DNA of 58,737 nt, the filler included, from Malassezia furfur (taxonomy: Eukaryota), in the NCBI GenBank assembly GCA_052055015.1. It is 3 parts of 3 records of this genome, joined end to end, with 100 filler letters (N's around TTAATTAATTAA, not from the genome) between each part and the next. Parts side by side here need not be neighbours in the genome. Positions count along the whole stretch, not along the records: positions 39,304 to 58,737 come from JBQJIT010000189.1; 2 more parts are not named here. One strand, 5' to 3'. Position 1 is the stretch's first letter, and every line of letters starts with the position of its first letter. Made by a program: the position numbers and the translations under genes. Below the pieces are notes generated by a model. That model did not search any database. It was not told the origin of the DNA and saw nothing but the letters and a program-made list of their open reading frames with translations. This document shows positions 42,814 to 54,263 of the stretch, in pieces.

Positions 42814-44545
42814 CTACGAGGCGACGTCGGGCCATTGTGGGCGGGGCAGCCACTCGCCGCGGTCATTGTACCGGGGATTGAGCGCAAAGTGCACGCCGTA
42901 CGTGCGATCCGAGCGCCGGAGAGGCAGGACCCATGTCCAGGGTGGGCCGATGCTCAGCTCCATGTTGAGCAGCGGGCTCGTGGACCACCACGTGCGCGCT
43001 GTCGCGGGCACGACGTGCGCCACCGACTCACTCGGCTCGAGCCCCAGCGTCTTTTCGAGGTTCGCTGCACGCTGGTAGGCCTGCGGAGAATCGGCCGCGT
43101 ACGCGAGCTCGGCGCGGCCGCCGATCCACCAGGGGTTGCCTTTGGTCGAAAACGCGCCCCAGTGCTCGTTCCACTTGCGTAGCAGTTCGCGCCGTGCGCG
43201 CAGGCGGCGCCAGACACCGAGCGGCCCGCGGCCGAGTGTGGTGCCTTCGCCATTGTCCGAGTAGTAACGGCGAATAAGCGCACCCTCGATGCTGCGTTCC
43301 GTGTTGATGGCGCGCTGTTCGACGGAAGTGAGGTTGTGCATGCTGAGCTGCACGTGGATCACCAACAGGCTGCACGTAAACAGGAAGAAGAAGAAGCAAA
43401 GGGCGAGCACGCTGATGAGCCACCCGTCGACGTCCCAGTCGTGAATGGAACGCGCCCAGCCGCCCGGCGACTGTGACCGCACGCCGCGCGCAAAAAGCAC
43501 GGCAATGCTCACGAGGCAGAATATGGTAAACACCACGGCCCAAAATACCGTGTTGATGTAGAAGCGGTAGTTTTGCGCACCGATGCACCGGCCGACCCAC
43601 GGGCAGTGGTGGTCCATACGCAGCACGCACTTCCCGCACCGGCGGCAGTGGTGCGCGCGTGGCGGACGTGGCCGCTGGCACCGCTGGCAGTACAGCTCCG
43701 CGGGGTCGAACAGCGGTGGGTTTTGCGGCATACGCCGCGGCTCGCCCATCTTGGGCGGCGACGTGTGCGGGATCTCGCTGTCGTGTGCAGAGCGCTGGTC
43801 CACGCTGGACGTGTCGACCGGCGAGCCCGTAAACGGCTTCGCGGGCGCCACGGCCTCTTCGCCCTCAGTGTCGTGTGGATGCCGCCCGGGGTGCGGAAAG
43901 TGGGGCAGCAGTGCGCCAAAGTCAGCCGCGGGCATCACCGACACGTTCTGGTCGGGCGTCGGTGGGCGTGAGCGCGCCATGGCATGCTCAAACGAGCTGC
44001 TCAGCGTGCTGGGCCGCGCGCGCTCGTCGAGCGGCGTAAAGGGCTGCGTGTTGCGGACGCTGCTCACCTCTTCCTCGGCGCTGAGCGCGCGCGGCGGGAG
44101 CTGGATCGCGAGCGGCGATGCGGGGCGCGGTGCAGGCGCACTAGGCACGTCGACGTGCACGTTGGGCGCCTCGCGCTCTGGCACCAGGTCGGCGACGTAC
44201 CCCGGTGAGACCGTAATCACGCGGACATAGCTCCACGTTGCTGGGTCAGGCATGCGACGACGTACCCATCCCCCACAGCACCAAAAACAGCACAAGCAGC
44301 ACGATGCCTTGTGCGCGGCTCCCCAGCGCGCTCGGGCGCTCGGCGAGCATGGGGTAGCAGATGCGCCAGAGGTACATGGCGCACGTCCACACAATCGAGA
44401 ACAGGATGATCGCGACGTTGCCATACTTGAAGAAGAGCGGCTCTGGACGCGGCGGCGCCTGGGCCCATGGATCCATGGGCTGCACGCGCTCGGAGGCGCC
44501 GATGCCCGCGCGCCGCAAGCACGCGCGCCACGGTGCAGCCTGCAT
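42814..44545 (-). CDS. DHHC palmitoyltransferase; intron 44241-44265
   Basis: [37 protein letters not shown] and four TM helices. Confidence 0.9.
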
Positions 44546-44609
44546 GGAGAAGAGAGGGGTCCTGCCCATGCGCACGTGGCCGGTGCCCTCGTCCCTGCGT
44601 CTGAACGCC

Positions 44610-46228
44610 ATGTCGCACGGACGCCGCTTGGTCTCGCTGCTCGGCTCCGTGCTGATTGCGCTGTCGGCGGGGAGTACGTATGCGTTTAGCACGTATGCGC
44701 CGCAGCTCCAGGATGTACTGCACCTCACCAGCACGCAGCTCAACGTGCTTGGTCTCGCGGGCAACCTGGGCATGTACATTTCGGGGCCTATCTGGGGCCA
44801 CTGGATCGACCGCATGGGGCCACGGGGGTACGTCGCCACGACTAACGCAGCGCCGTCTCGTCCGGTGCCCTGCTCGTGCTTATTGGCTACGGCATGCTCT
44901 CGCGCGCGTACAAGAACGAGTGGGACGAGGTGCCCGTCGCGCTCCTCGCCGTGTTTATGCTGATGACCGGCTTGGGCAACTCGGCGGGGAACAACTCGGC
45001 GATCAACGTGCAGGCCAAGTCGTGGGGCGGCAGCCGCCGCGGCACCGCGATGGCCACCGTGCTGTCGGCGTTCGGCCTAAGCGCCATGGTGTACTCGACG
45101 ATCTCACACGTCTTCTTTGCCGGGAACACCACCGGCTACCTCGACATGCTCGCGTTCGGCAGCTGCGCAAGCTTCCTCGTGGGTCTTGCGATGCTCAAGA
45201 TCATGCCCCCCGACGAGATGGAGGAGGGCGACGAGGAAGGGCCCGCGCAGCGGGGGCGTTATCAACGCGTCGCCGACGCCGGCGCCCACGGCGAAGAAAC
45301 GTCGCGCCCGCGTCCCCGCCGTCCCCGCTCGTCGTCCGAGGTGAATGCGCGCGTGTACGCATGGCTCGACGACATGAACGAGCAGGAGGCGAACGAGGCG
45401 GACGCCGACGACCCGTTGGACGAGCCGTCGGCGCACGAGCACAACGTCACCGGCCTGCAGCTGCTCTTTGAGCCCGACTTTTTGCTGCTGTTTGCGATTG
45501 TCGGGCTCGTGTCAGGCGCGGGGCTGCTGCTCATCAACAACGTCGGCACCATCACGCGCGCGCTGTGGGACTACAACGTGCACGACGAGGACAGCGCCGC
45601 GCTGCACATCGCCAAGCACCAGAGCGAAAAGCTCGAGATCCAGCGCATCCAGTCGCTCCAGGTGTCGTGCATCAGCCTTGGCAACGCGAGCGGGCGCTTT
45701 CTGATCGGCCTGGTGTCCGACTACCTCGTCGAGCACGCCAAGGACCCGACCTTCCGCACGCTGCTCCTCCTCCCGGTCACGCTCATGGCCGTTGTGTCGC
45801 AGGGCCTCGCGGCGTGGCCCGACACCATCACCAACGTCCACCGCCTCCTGCTCGTCTCGTCGACCACCGGCCTGATGTACGGCACGCTCTTTGGACTCGG
45901 GCCCGTGCTCGTGTTCGAGTGGTTCGGCATCCGCTCCTTCTCGCTGAACTGGGGCTTCATGAGCCTGAGCCCGGTGCTGGGCGGCAACGTGTACAACCTG
46001 CTGTTTGGCGTCGTGTACGACTCGAACGTGCCCGCAGGAAAGCACATGCACCGCTGCCTCAAGGGCGAGGACTGCTACCGCACCGTGTTTGTCTGGACGA
46101 CGGTGGGGTGCGCCGTCGCTGTGCTCGTGTCGCTCGTGCTCATTGTGCGCCGCGTGCGCGGCGTCGCGGCGCGCCTCGACGCGTGGCGCATGGCGCTCTG
46201 GCCGCGGAACCGCATCACGATGGAATAG
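44610..46228 (+). CDS. MFS transporter (Mch1/nodulin-like); intron 44828-44850; start could be 44568
   Basis: [43 protein letters not shown]; about 12 TM. Confidence 0.85.
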
Positions 46229-46274
46229 CCCAGTCCCTAATTTCACTATACAGCACATTCTACACAAGGCACGC

Positions 46275-47819
46275 TCACGGCACAGGCGCCGCCGGCGCAG
46301 GCGCTTCGTCGGCCTTCTTGTCGTCCTCCTGCTCGTAGCCCTCGACCTGGATGTCGTTCAGGCCAAGCTCCTCGTTCTGCTCAAAGGTCCGCTCGTAGTT
46401 CTCCACCTTGAGCTGCTCGTCCTCGTCGGGCGCATACGGGTTCTGGATGTAGCTGTTCGCCAGCGGGTCGTCGAGGATCAGCGTGAAGGGGCATGCCTCG
46501 GCACTGATCGCGCGCTTCAGTTTGCCGAGGAAGCCTTCAAACTTGTTCACGTCGCCCACGTTCGCCGAGTCGCCGCGCATGAGCACCTTTTCGTACAGCT
46601 CGTCGTACACGCTCTGCAGCAGGCCTTCGAGCGTCGTGAAGCGGCCGCCCAGCGTGCCGGGCGACAGGTGCAGGTCAATTTCGGGGATCGACAGGCCCGC
46701 GGTGTCCGACTTGAGGATGTCGCGCGACAGGTCCTCGCTGTCGTTCACCTGCAGCGTCAGCTTGCGCCCGGTCTCGGAGATGGCCGCGCCCGACTTGACC
46801 TCGTTGTCGCGGTAGCCACACCGGTCGCAGTTGGTCGACATGATGACAATGTCCTTGAAGTACGGGATGTTGACCTTCTTCATCAGCGTCTGGATCGGCG
46901 CGTTGCAGCTCGAGCATGTGCCGGCAAACGAGAAGATCTCTTCGTTCTCAAACTCGGTCTCTCCCAGCTCCTTGCTCAGACCGCCACCGCCCACCGCGTC
47001 CGCCGGCTTGTTCGGCGCATCGGGGTCGGCAAGCAGGCCGAGCAAGATGTTTTGCTCCTTCGTCCGCGGATAGTCGCGCTTGCTCCACTTGTTGTCAGCA
47101 CCGCCGCCGCTCTCAATCGGGCCGGTGTACTCGACAAAGCTGTTGCCCGACGGGTCGTCGAGGCCCAGCTTGAAGGGCCGGAACTGACGCGTGTCCGCAC
47201 CCTCGTCCTCCTCGTGCCGCGCACCGACAGGGCCAAGCGAGCGCATGGTGCCGGACTCGGCACCGCCCTCCTCGGGCGCCGCCACCTCTTCGACGCGGTG
47301 CTCGCCAAGGATCTCGCGCAGCCGGTCGCAGATGCTCTCAATCTTCTCGTACACCTCCGGCTGCATGTGCTTCCGCAGCGGCTGGTCAAGCTCGAGGTCG
47401 CGCAGGGTGTCGTTCAGCACACCCTCGATCGTGGTGATCTGCCCGCGCTTCGCGGGGATCTGCAGCTCCAGCTCGGGCACACTGAGCGTGCAAAACTCCG
47501 ACTTGATCAGCTGGCGGTCCAGATCCTTCTTGTTCGTAACGTGGATGGTGTACGTGCACCCCTTCGGCTGGATCTCGCCCGCGCTCTGAATCTCGCTGTT
47601 GCGCTCGCCACAGTGCGGGCACGAGAAGCTCATCACAATCACCTCCTTGAAGTAGGGGATGTAGGTCGGCAGGAGTCGCGTGATGCCTTGCTCGCCGCAG
47701 CGCATGCACAGCGACTCGATTTCCTCAATCGGCTTGCCGACCTCGTCGTCATTCTTGTCCTGCGCCTCGGCGTACTCGCCGATGGGGCGGAAATGCGGGT
47801 CGTTTCGTTGCGTCGTCAT
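46275..47819 (-). CDS. ZPR1: Zinc-finger chaperone Zpr1
   Basis: IESLCMRC, IPYFKEV, CPHCGERNSEIQ, two ZnF-domain modules. Confidence 0.95.
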   Translation of the reverse strand: MTTQRNDPHFRPIGEYAEAQDKNDDEVGKPIEEIESLCMRCGEQGITRLLPTYIPYFKEVIVMSFSCPHCGERNSEIQSAGEIQPKGCTYTIHVTNKKDLDRQLIKSEFCTLSVPELELQIPAKRGQITTIEGVLNDTLRDLELDQPLRKHMQPEVYEKIESICDRLREILGEHRVEEVAAPEEGGAESGTMRSLGPVGARHEEDEGADTRQFRPFKLGLDDPSGNSFVEYTGPIESGGGADNKWSKRDYPRTKEQNILLGLLADPDAPNKPADAVGGGGLSKELGETEFENEEIFSFAGTCSSCNAPIQTLMKKVNIPYFKDIVIMSTNCDRCGYRDNEVKSGAAISETGRKLTLQVNDSEDLSRDILKSDTAGLSIPEIDLHLSPGTLGGRFTTLEGLLQSVYDELYEKVLMRGDSANVGDVNKFEGFLGKLKRAISAEACPFTLILDDPLANSYIQNPYAPDEDEQLKVENYERTFEQNEELGLNDIQVEGYEQEDDKKADEAPAPAAPVP

Positions 47820-47985
47820 GGTGAGTCGTGCGCGAGGCGTGTGCAGCGCGCTTTTCTACTGCCCGCCCGCAAATTTGGCTGAGTCAGCAGGATCTCGAAC
47901 GTGGTAGAAAGGCCTCCACCGTTTGTCCATCATTCGCGGCTGGACGACGCTTTCGACGCTTCGATCCTCGCTGCGCACCTTTCGC

Positions 47986-49011
47986 ATGTCGGACGCCAAA
48001 CGCATCAAGCTCGACACCGGTGCGCGCCCGGTGATCGTCACGCACTCGGGCACGTTCCATGCGGACGACGCTCTCGCCGTGAACCTCTTGCAAAAACTGC
48101 CGCAGCTCGCGGACGCCGACCTCGTGCGCACGCGCGACGCGGCCGAGATCGCCAAGGGTACCATCGTCGTGGACGTCGGCGCAGAGTACATCCCAGAGAA
48201 GCACCGCTACGACCACCACCAGCGCGGCTTCTTCGAGACCTTTGACGCCGAGCACAAGACGAAGCTCAGCAGCGCCGGCCTGGTGTGGAAGCACTTTGGC
48301 CAGGACATTCTCGCGGCACACTTGAACGTCGACGTGTCCGATGAGCGTGTCCCGCTGCTGTACCAAAAAATGTACGACGACTTTGTCGAGGCCATTGACG
48401 CGATCGACAACGGCATTGCCCTCTACCCGGACGCAGCCGGTGAGCCGGCGTACAAGTCCCGCACCGACTTGTCGTCGCGTGTCGGCTTCATGAACCCGCG
48501 GTGGAACGAGCCGTTCGACGACGCGGATCTGCTCGCGCGCTTCCGCCGCGCCTCGGCCATGGCCGGCGGCGAGTTCTTCGACCGTGTGAACGACGCACTC
48601 TATGCATGGCTCCCGGCGCGCGACATCGTCGTCCAGGCGCTCAAGGAGCGCAAGTCGTTCGAGGGCGCCGATGCGCAGGGTCGCATCCTGCTGTTTGACC
48701 GCGCGGTCGGCTGGAAGGGGCACATCTACGACCTCGAGACCGCCCTCGAGATTCCCGAGGCAGAGAAGCCTCTCTACGTCGTGTACCCCGACGAGTCGGG
48801 CAAATGGCGCGTGCAGGCCGTGCCGGTGAACAGCGAGAGCTTCGAGAGCCGCAAGGCGCTGCCCGAGGCGTGGCGCGGCATCCGCGACACGCAGCTCAGC
48901 GAGCTGTCGGGCATCCCAGACTGCGTGTTTGTGCACCAGTCTGGCTTCATTGGCGGCAATGCCACCAAGGACGGCGCGCTGGCCATGGCGACTAAGGCTC
49001 TCGACATGTAG
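47986..49011 (+). CDS. MYG1: MYG1 exonuclease
   Basis: THSGTFHADD, VVDVG, YDHHQRGF, KLSSAGLV, FVHQSGFIGGN. Confidence 0.93.
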   Translation: MSDAKRIKLDTGARPVIVTHSGTFHADDALAVNLLQKLPQLADADLVRTRDAAEIAKGTIVVDVGAEYIPEKHRYDHHQRGFFETFDAEHKTKLSSAGLVWKHFGQDILAAHLNVDVSDERVPLLYQKMYDDFVEAIDAIDNGIALYPDAAGEPAYKSRTDLSSRVGFMNPRWNEPFDDADLLARFRRASAMAGGEFFDRVNDALYAWLPARDIVVQALKERKSFEGADAQGRILLFDRAVGWKGHIYDLETALEIPEAEKPLYVVYPDESGKWRVQAVPVNSESFESRKALPEAWRGIRDTQLSELSGIPDCVFVHQSGFIGGNATKDGALAMATKALDM

Positions 49012-49012
49012 A

Positions 49013-50110
49013 TTAGGCGCTATATTTTTGCAACCAGCTCTCCATCTCCTCGCGCGCGTTCTCGATGCGGTGCCCGGGCGCAGACAGGTGCCGGTAGAGC
49101 GCGTCGAGCCGCCGGATCGCCTTGGCACGCCGCTCTTCGTCCTGCTCGGTAGAGGCCTCGGCGGTCGCCTCGCCAAACGTCTTGGCGACCAGGGGGGGCA
49201 GGCCATAGACATCGTCCGTGTATCCCGCGCGCACGAGCCAGCCGCGGAGATGGTCAACAACTTCTTGGCCCCGGACACGGGTATACGATGGGCCACTCAC
49301 TGGCTTGGTTTTCTCCCCCTCGCGGAACTGCGCGACGTGCGCTGCGCGCGTCTTTTGCGCGTCCCACACCGTCGCAAGCGCCTGCTCGGGCGTCGGGGCG
49401 TACACGCCCTCGCCCAGCGCCGCGTCGTCGGCAGGCGGCATATAGGCTTCTGCCTGGCGGTACGGCTGGTCGGTGTCGATGCCGGTTTGCAGCCGCGCGA
49501 GGCGTTCGTGCATCGCATGCTGCTCCTCTGTGACCTCTGTGCCGTGCGACGGCAACGGCGGGCGCCACACGCGCGTCAGCCGCACGCCGGGCACGGCCGA
49601 CACCGGCCCCGACGCCGCCGGCTCCGCTTCGTGCTCGGCGGCATCCAGTGCCGCAAGAAAGTTGGCCGCATCGCCTTGCACATCCACCTGCGTCTGTGCC
49701 TCGGGCGGCGCAGGCGCGCGCGTCACGGCAGGGGGGCGCGCGCCGCCCACAGTCGACTGCCACGCACGCTCCATCATGTCGGGGTTCGCGCGCGCCGCAT
49801 CGACGTGGCCGCCCAGCTGGGACTGTGCAGACGCCTGCCCCCGCTGGAACGCCGCAAACTCATCGTCCACGGCGGTCGGCGTGCGTGTCCGCCCAGATGC
49901 CTGTCGGAACGAGGCGCGCTGCGCGGCAGGTGCCTCGTGCAGCGACAGGTCCTGCATCGCGTCGTGCATCTGTGCGCCACCGGCAGCACTCGTGCCTTTT
50001 CCTTGGTTCGCGAGCATGTTGCGCAGCTCTTCGCCGAGGCCACCGCCGCCCGAGGGGCGCGTAGGACGCTCGTCGCCGCCGCCACGGCTCGCCTGCTTGC
50101 CTTTGTCCAT
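49013..50110 (-). CDS. Hypothetical protein
   Basis: 365-aa ORF filling the space between MYG1 and the G-patch gene; C-terminal YTDDVYG...AIRRLDALYRHL. Confidence 0.65.
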   Translation of the reverse strand: MDKGKQASRGGGDERPTRPSGGGGLGEELRNMLANQGKGTSAAGGAQMHDAMQDLSLHEAPAAQRASFRQASGRTRTPTAVDDEFAAFQRGQASAQSQLGGHVDAARANPDMMERAWQSTVGGARPPAVTRAPAPPEAQTQVDVQGDAANFLAALDAAEHEAEPAASGPVSAVPGVRLTRVWRPPLPSHGTEVTEEQHAMHERLARLQTGIDTDQPYRQAEAYMPPADDAALGEGVYAPTPEQALATVWDAQKTRAAHVAQFREGEKTKPVSGPSYTRVRGQEVVDHLRGWLVRAGYTDDVYGLPPLVAKTFGEATAEASTEQDEERRAKAIRRLDALYRHLSAPGHRIENAREEMESWLQKYSA

Positions 50111-50154
50111 CGTTGCGGGGAAGAAGACTATCCACGTGGCGATCGGTGATCCGG

Positions 50155-52226
50155 CTATAGGTCGTCGGGGTCGAAGGTGAGCGGCCCCACACGCGCGCCT
50201 TTGGCCTTTTTCTTCGGCTTGGCTGCATCGGGCTTGCGCTTGAGTGGCACCGGCGCGGGCACCTCGTCGTCCTCCGAGTCAGACGCAAACACCGCTTTGA
50301 ACAGGTCCAACGACGGTCGCTCCTCGGTCAGCGCCGCCTCCTGCGCCTTCTCCGCCGCCTCGCTGGGCGGCGCAAACACAAATGCGGGTGCCGGCGACGG
50401 CTCGCGCGCCGCAGCTGGAGCGGGTGTGTCTGCGCCAAACTTGTGCAAGATGTGCTCCATCTCGTTTTCGCTTTGCTCGGGATGCGGCGGGTCGACGCCG
50501 AGGCGCTTGCACAGCAGCCGCGGCGGATTCCAGCGGCGCACGGTGCGTGTGCGGTCGCCAAACGCGCCCTCACGCGCGGCCTGCTGTGCGGGCGTGCGTG
50601 GTGTGGCATCCTCGAGCGGAGCCTCGGTTTTGGGCTGCGCCGCCTCGCGGGGGAGAAAGCCGCCTTGGGCAGGTGTATCGGCTTGCAGGATGCTGCTGGA
50701 CGTGAAGCGGTTGGCCATGGCGCCCTGTACCGGACGGTAGCGCTGTGCTGTCTCGTAAAACTCATCCAGCTCTTCCTGGACATGCTCGATCCCGTCGGGC
50801 GGCGTATAGCTGCGATGCGCAATGGAGGCTTCCAGATACGCCTTGTACCGCGCCTGTTTCGCAGCGTCGGTGCCGACCGGCACAAACGCCTCGAGCGCAC
50901 GCACCGCCGTGTCGGGCTCGAGAGCGTGTACGGTCAAGGGGCGTGCGTATGCCTCCTCGGCCTGCGCCGCCTGGCTCTGTACGCGCTTGGCGGCCTGCTC
51001 GCTCAGGTACGCGGTAATGACCGGCGGCGGCCCTGGCAGTTTCGCCTCGCCCAGCAGCCTGCCACGGTGCGCCGCATCGCGCGGCTTCTCCGGCGCCGGA
51101 CCCGGCTCGGATTTAGCCCACACACGGCGTGGATCGGGCGCCCAATCCGTCGGTACGCTCGGCGGATCAAACCTGGGTTAGCGTTGCACGTACCAAGTTG
51201 GATTCGTCTCCACCGTATCGTCGCCCTTGACAAAGCCCTTGATGAGCGGCCGCCCGTCGTGCCAGGTCTCGTCAGAGGTGAGTGCGGACGTCCCTTCTGG
51301 CTTGGTCTTCTCCCCAAGCCGCAGCGTGTCGTGCCGCGACGCCAGCGTCGAGTCACGAATATCTTGCGGCGCGCTGTACACATGGTCCTCGTCGTCCGAA
51401 TCCATGCCCGACATGCCGATCGCACGCTGGGCTTTTTCGCCATGAAAGCGCTGCAATGCGTCCTGTAGGGCGGAGCTGCTCGTGGCCGAGCCAAGGCCCC
51501 GCTTATCGCGGTTGTCTGCCACCTGCACCAGCTGGGTATCCGGCGGAGGAAATTTGTGCCGCGCCGCTTCGCTGTGCTCGGGCGCCGACGCACGGGGAGG
51601 TGCGAGATGCAGCGACTGTAGCAGTGTGTAGAGATGCTCGCGTTGTGCGTAGGACACCAGTGGGCCGATGCCTTGGCCGGGTTTCCAGCCCATGCGGCGC
51701 AGCAGGTTTTGGCCCATCTGCGAGGAGCTGGCCTGGACCGTGTCGGTTGCGCTGCGGTCGACCATCTCAGCAAAGGGGTCCTGCGTGTCCGCGTATCCGT
51801 ACGCGTCCGTGGTGCTCAGCTTCGACTCGCGCTGCAACTCGGCGAGGTCCTCTGCGTCCATAAAGTCCTCGGGGCGCTGCTCCGACGCCGTCGCCCGCGC
51901 CTTGCGCGACGACCGGAACGACGATGGTGTCCATCCCTCTTTGGACCCGACGGTGTTAAAGTAACCGGCAGAGAAGCCGCCCGTAAATGCGCCGTGGAAG
52001 CGCCGCCGTCCGCGCTCGTCGTAGGCCTGGCGTTAGTGTGCGACGCACCTCTTGCTCCCAGAGCGGTTTCAGCTCATTTTTGTCCTTGCGCGAGTCATTG
52101 GCGGCAGGCAACGGTGTGCCAAACTGGGTCAGACAGGTAGCGCACCTTGACGAAGCTTTCGCCGAAATTGACGTGCGTCGGCACGCCATCGCGCTCCAAC
52201 TTGCGCCTGAGGCGCGACGTTGCCAT
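50155..52226 (-). CDS. G-patch domain protein GPATCH1 (DUF1604); introns 52124-52145, 52027-52048, 51173-51193
   Basis: GRRRFHGAFTGGFSAGYFNTVGSKEGWTPSSF, MGQNLLRRMGWKPGQGIG, WNPPRLLCKR, RPSLDLFKAVF. Confidence 0.88.
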
Positions 52227-52283
52227 GGCGGCCACCTCGAAAGCGGACGCTGTGGAGGCGCGAAATTGGACACATTCTCCACC

Positions 52284-53361
52284 ATGACGCTCTTCCTGAT
52301 CGGCCTGGGCCTCGCCGATGAGAACGACATCACGCTCAAGGGCCTGCGGGCCGTGCAGTCGTGCGACAAGGTGTATCTCGAGTCGTACACGAGCATCCTG
52401 CTGGTAGGCGATTTTAAGAAGCGCATGGAGGCGCTCTATGGCAAGGAAGTGACACTCGCGCACCGCGAGACGGTCGAGCTCGAAGCCGACGACATTCTTC
52501 TTCACGCACACAAGGGCAACGTCGCGTTCCTGGTCGTCGGCGACCCGCTGTCGGCTACGACGCACTCGGACCTGATTCTGCGGGCGCGCTCGTTCCAGGC
52601 GCCGGGTGCAGAGGCGCCCACGCCCGTCGACGTGCGCATCATCCACAACGCGAGCATTACGACCGCGCTGGGCTCGAGCGGGCTTGCGGGCTACAACTTT
52701 GGGCAGACGATCAGTGTGCCGTTCTGGACGGAAGACTGGCGCCCGGACTCGTGGCTTGAGCGCATCGGTGAAAACATGAACATTGGGCTGCACACGCTGT
52801 GCCTGAGCGACATCAAAGTGCGCGAGCAGAGCATCGAGGATATGAGCCGGTACGTTTGTGCACATGTGTGCTGACCCCAGCGGAATCGTACGATACCAGC
52901 CGCCGCGGTACATGCTCATTCCTCAGCTGATCCGGCAGCTCCTGGCGGCCGCGAAGGAGCACAAGGTCGACTACCTCGACCCCGACCGCACGCTCGCTAT
53001 TGCTCTCTGCCGCATGGGCGCCGAGCCGGACGGCGAGCGGCGCGGCGAACTGATCGTGGCAGGCACCCTTGGAGAGCTTCTGTCCTACACCGAGCCGACC
53101 GACGAGCAGCGCAAGGAGGACGAAGCAGATGACGAGGCATACGAAGAGGAGAACCCGACTGCGAGTGAGAAGGAGATGGACGAGCGCCGCGAGGCGCGCG
53201 CGGTCCGCCGCGCCATTGCGTTCTGGGGCGAGCCGCTGCATACCCTGATTCTGGTCGGCTCCCGACTGCACCCCATGGAGGTCGCCTACGGCAGCTCCCT
53301 GACGCAGCCGGGCAGCCGGTGGGCCGAGGTCGCGGAGAAGGTGTACCACTGCCATGCATAG
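52284..53361 (+). CDS. DPH5: Diphthine methyl ester synthase; intron 52850-52880
   Basis: LIGLGLADENDITLKGL, YLESYTS, VVGDP, HNASI, YNFGQTIS, HTLCLSDIKVREQS. Confidence 0.94.
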
Positions 53362-53364
53362 ATT

Positions 53365-54231
53365 CTATGGAGCCAAGTATCCCCCGTCGCGCCAGCGCTG
53401 CCACCGCGGCACGCCGAGGCACAGCTGCTCGCTACGCGCGAGGCCTTCTACCACGTCGACCAGCGCATCCTTGGGGCACTGCGCTAGCACAGCCTCGGCG
53501 CGCCGGTTCGTGGCCATCTTGCGCATGCCTTTGAGCGTGCCGCGCAGGTCGACCAACTTTGTCTTGGCCGCCTTGGTCTGTGCATGCGCCGCACCCAGCT
53601 GCGCAACGAGCGCCGCATGTTGCTGTGCAAGCTCATCGACATGGCGCTCGAGACGCTCCATCTCACCTTGGTCATCGGCGTTCGCAAGGTGCTTTTCAGG
53701 ATGCTGGGCGTCCCAGTACATCGGCTTGGATCCCACCGGTCCCCGCACGGGTTTGGGCGCAACGCGCAGGACACGCAGGTGCGTGCCTGCCGCGGTATCG
53801 GCGGTGCCTGCATCCATCTCGGCCAACGCCTCGTTCACCACCGACTGCTTACGCGGCGCGGTGCTGGTGCTGGACCCACCGGCGCGCTTGCGCTGCATCG
53901 CCGTATTGGGCGATAGGTGGTGGTATGTGAGCGACGCAAGATTAGCGACGCAGCGGTGCGCAAGTCGCGCTGCATCAGAACTGGTATCCGGACGCCATAC
54001 GGGTGCGCCGCGATGCTCGGGCTGCGCGATGGGCCGATCGTACAGCGAGGAGAGCAGGAACAGGGCGAGCGTAGGTTGTGGTGTATCGAGTGCGGGCGTC
54101 GCGTGCTCGACGTCCTCACGCACCAGCTTGCGCACGCTCCGTGCCGCCGGCCGCGCAAAGCGCACCGACGCCGCGGCGGCGCGCAACAGCTGCCGGAAGA
54201 CGCGCCGGCGCGCCGCGTCGACGGCCGCCAT
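53365..54231 (-). CDS. Hypothetical protein with LYR-like/DUF1763-like N-terminus and coiled coil
   Basis: RRRVFRQLLRAAAASVRF N-terminus; ORF fills the interval. Confidence 0.55.
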   Translation of the reverse strand: MAAVDAARRRVFRQLLRAAAASVRFARPAARSVRKLVREDVEHATPALDTPQPTLALFLLSSLYDRPIAQPEHRGAPVWRPDTSSDAARLAHRCVANLASLTYHHLSPNTAMQRKRAGGSSTSTAPRKQSVVNEALAEMDAGTADTAAGTHLRVLRVAPKPVRGPVGSKPMYWDAQHPEKHLANADDQGEMERLERHVDELAQQHAALVAQLGAAHAQTKAAKTKLVDLRGTLKGMRKMATNRRAEAVLAQCPKDALVDVVEGLARSEQLCLGVPRWQRWRDGGYLAP

Positions 54232-54263
54232 GACGGATCACGTGGAGGGAGTGCAGGGGCCAT

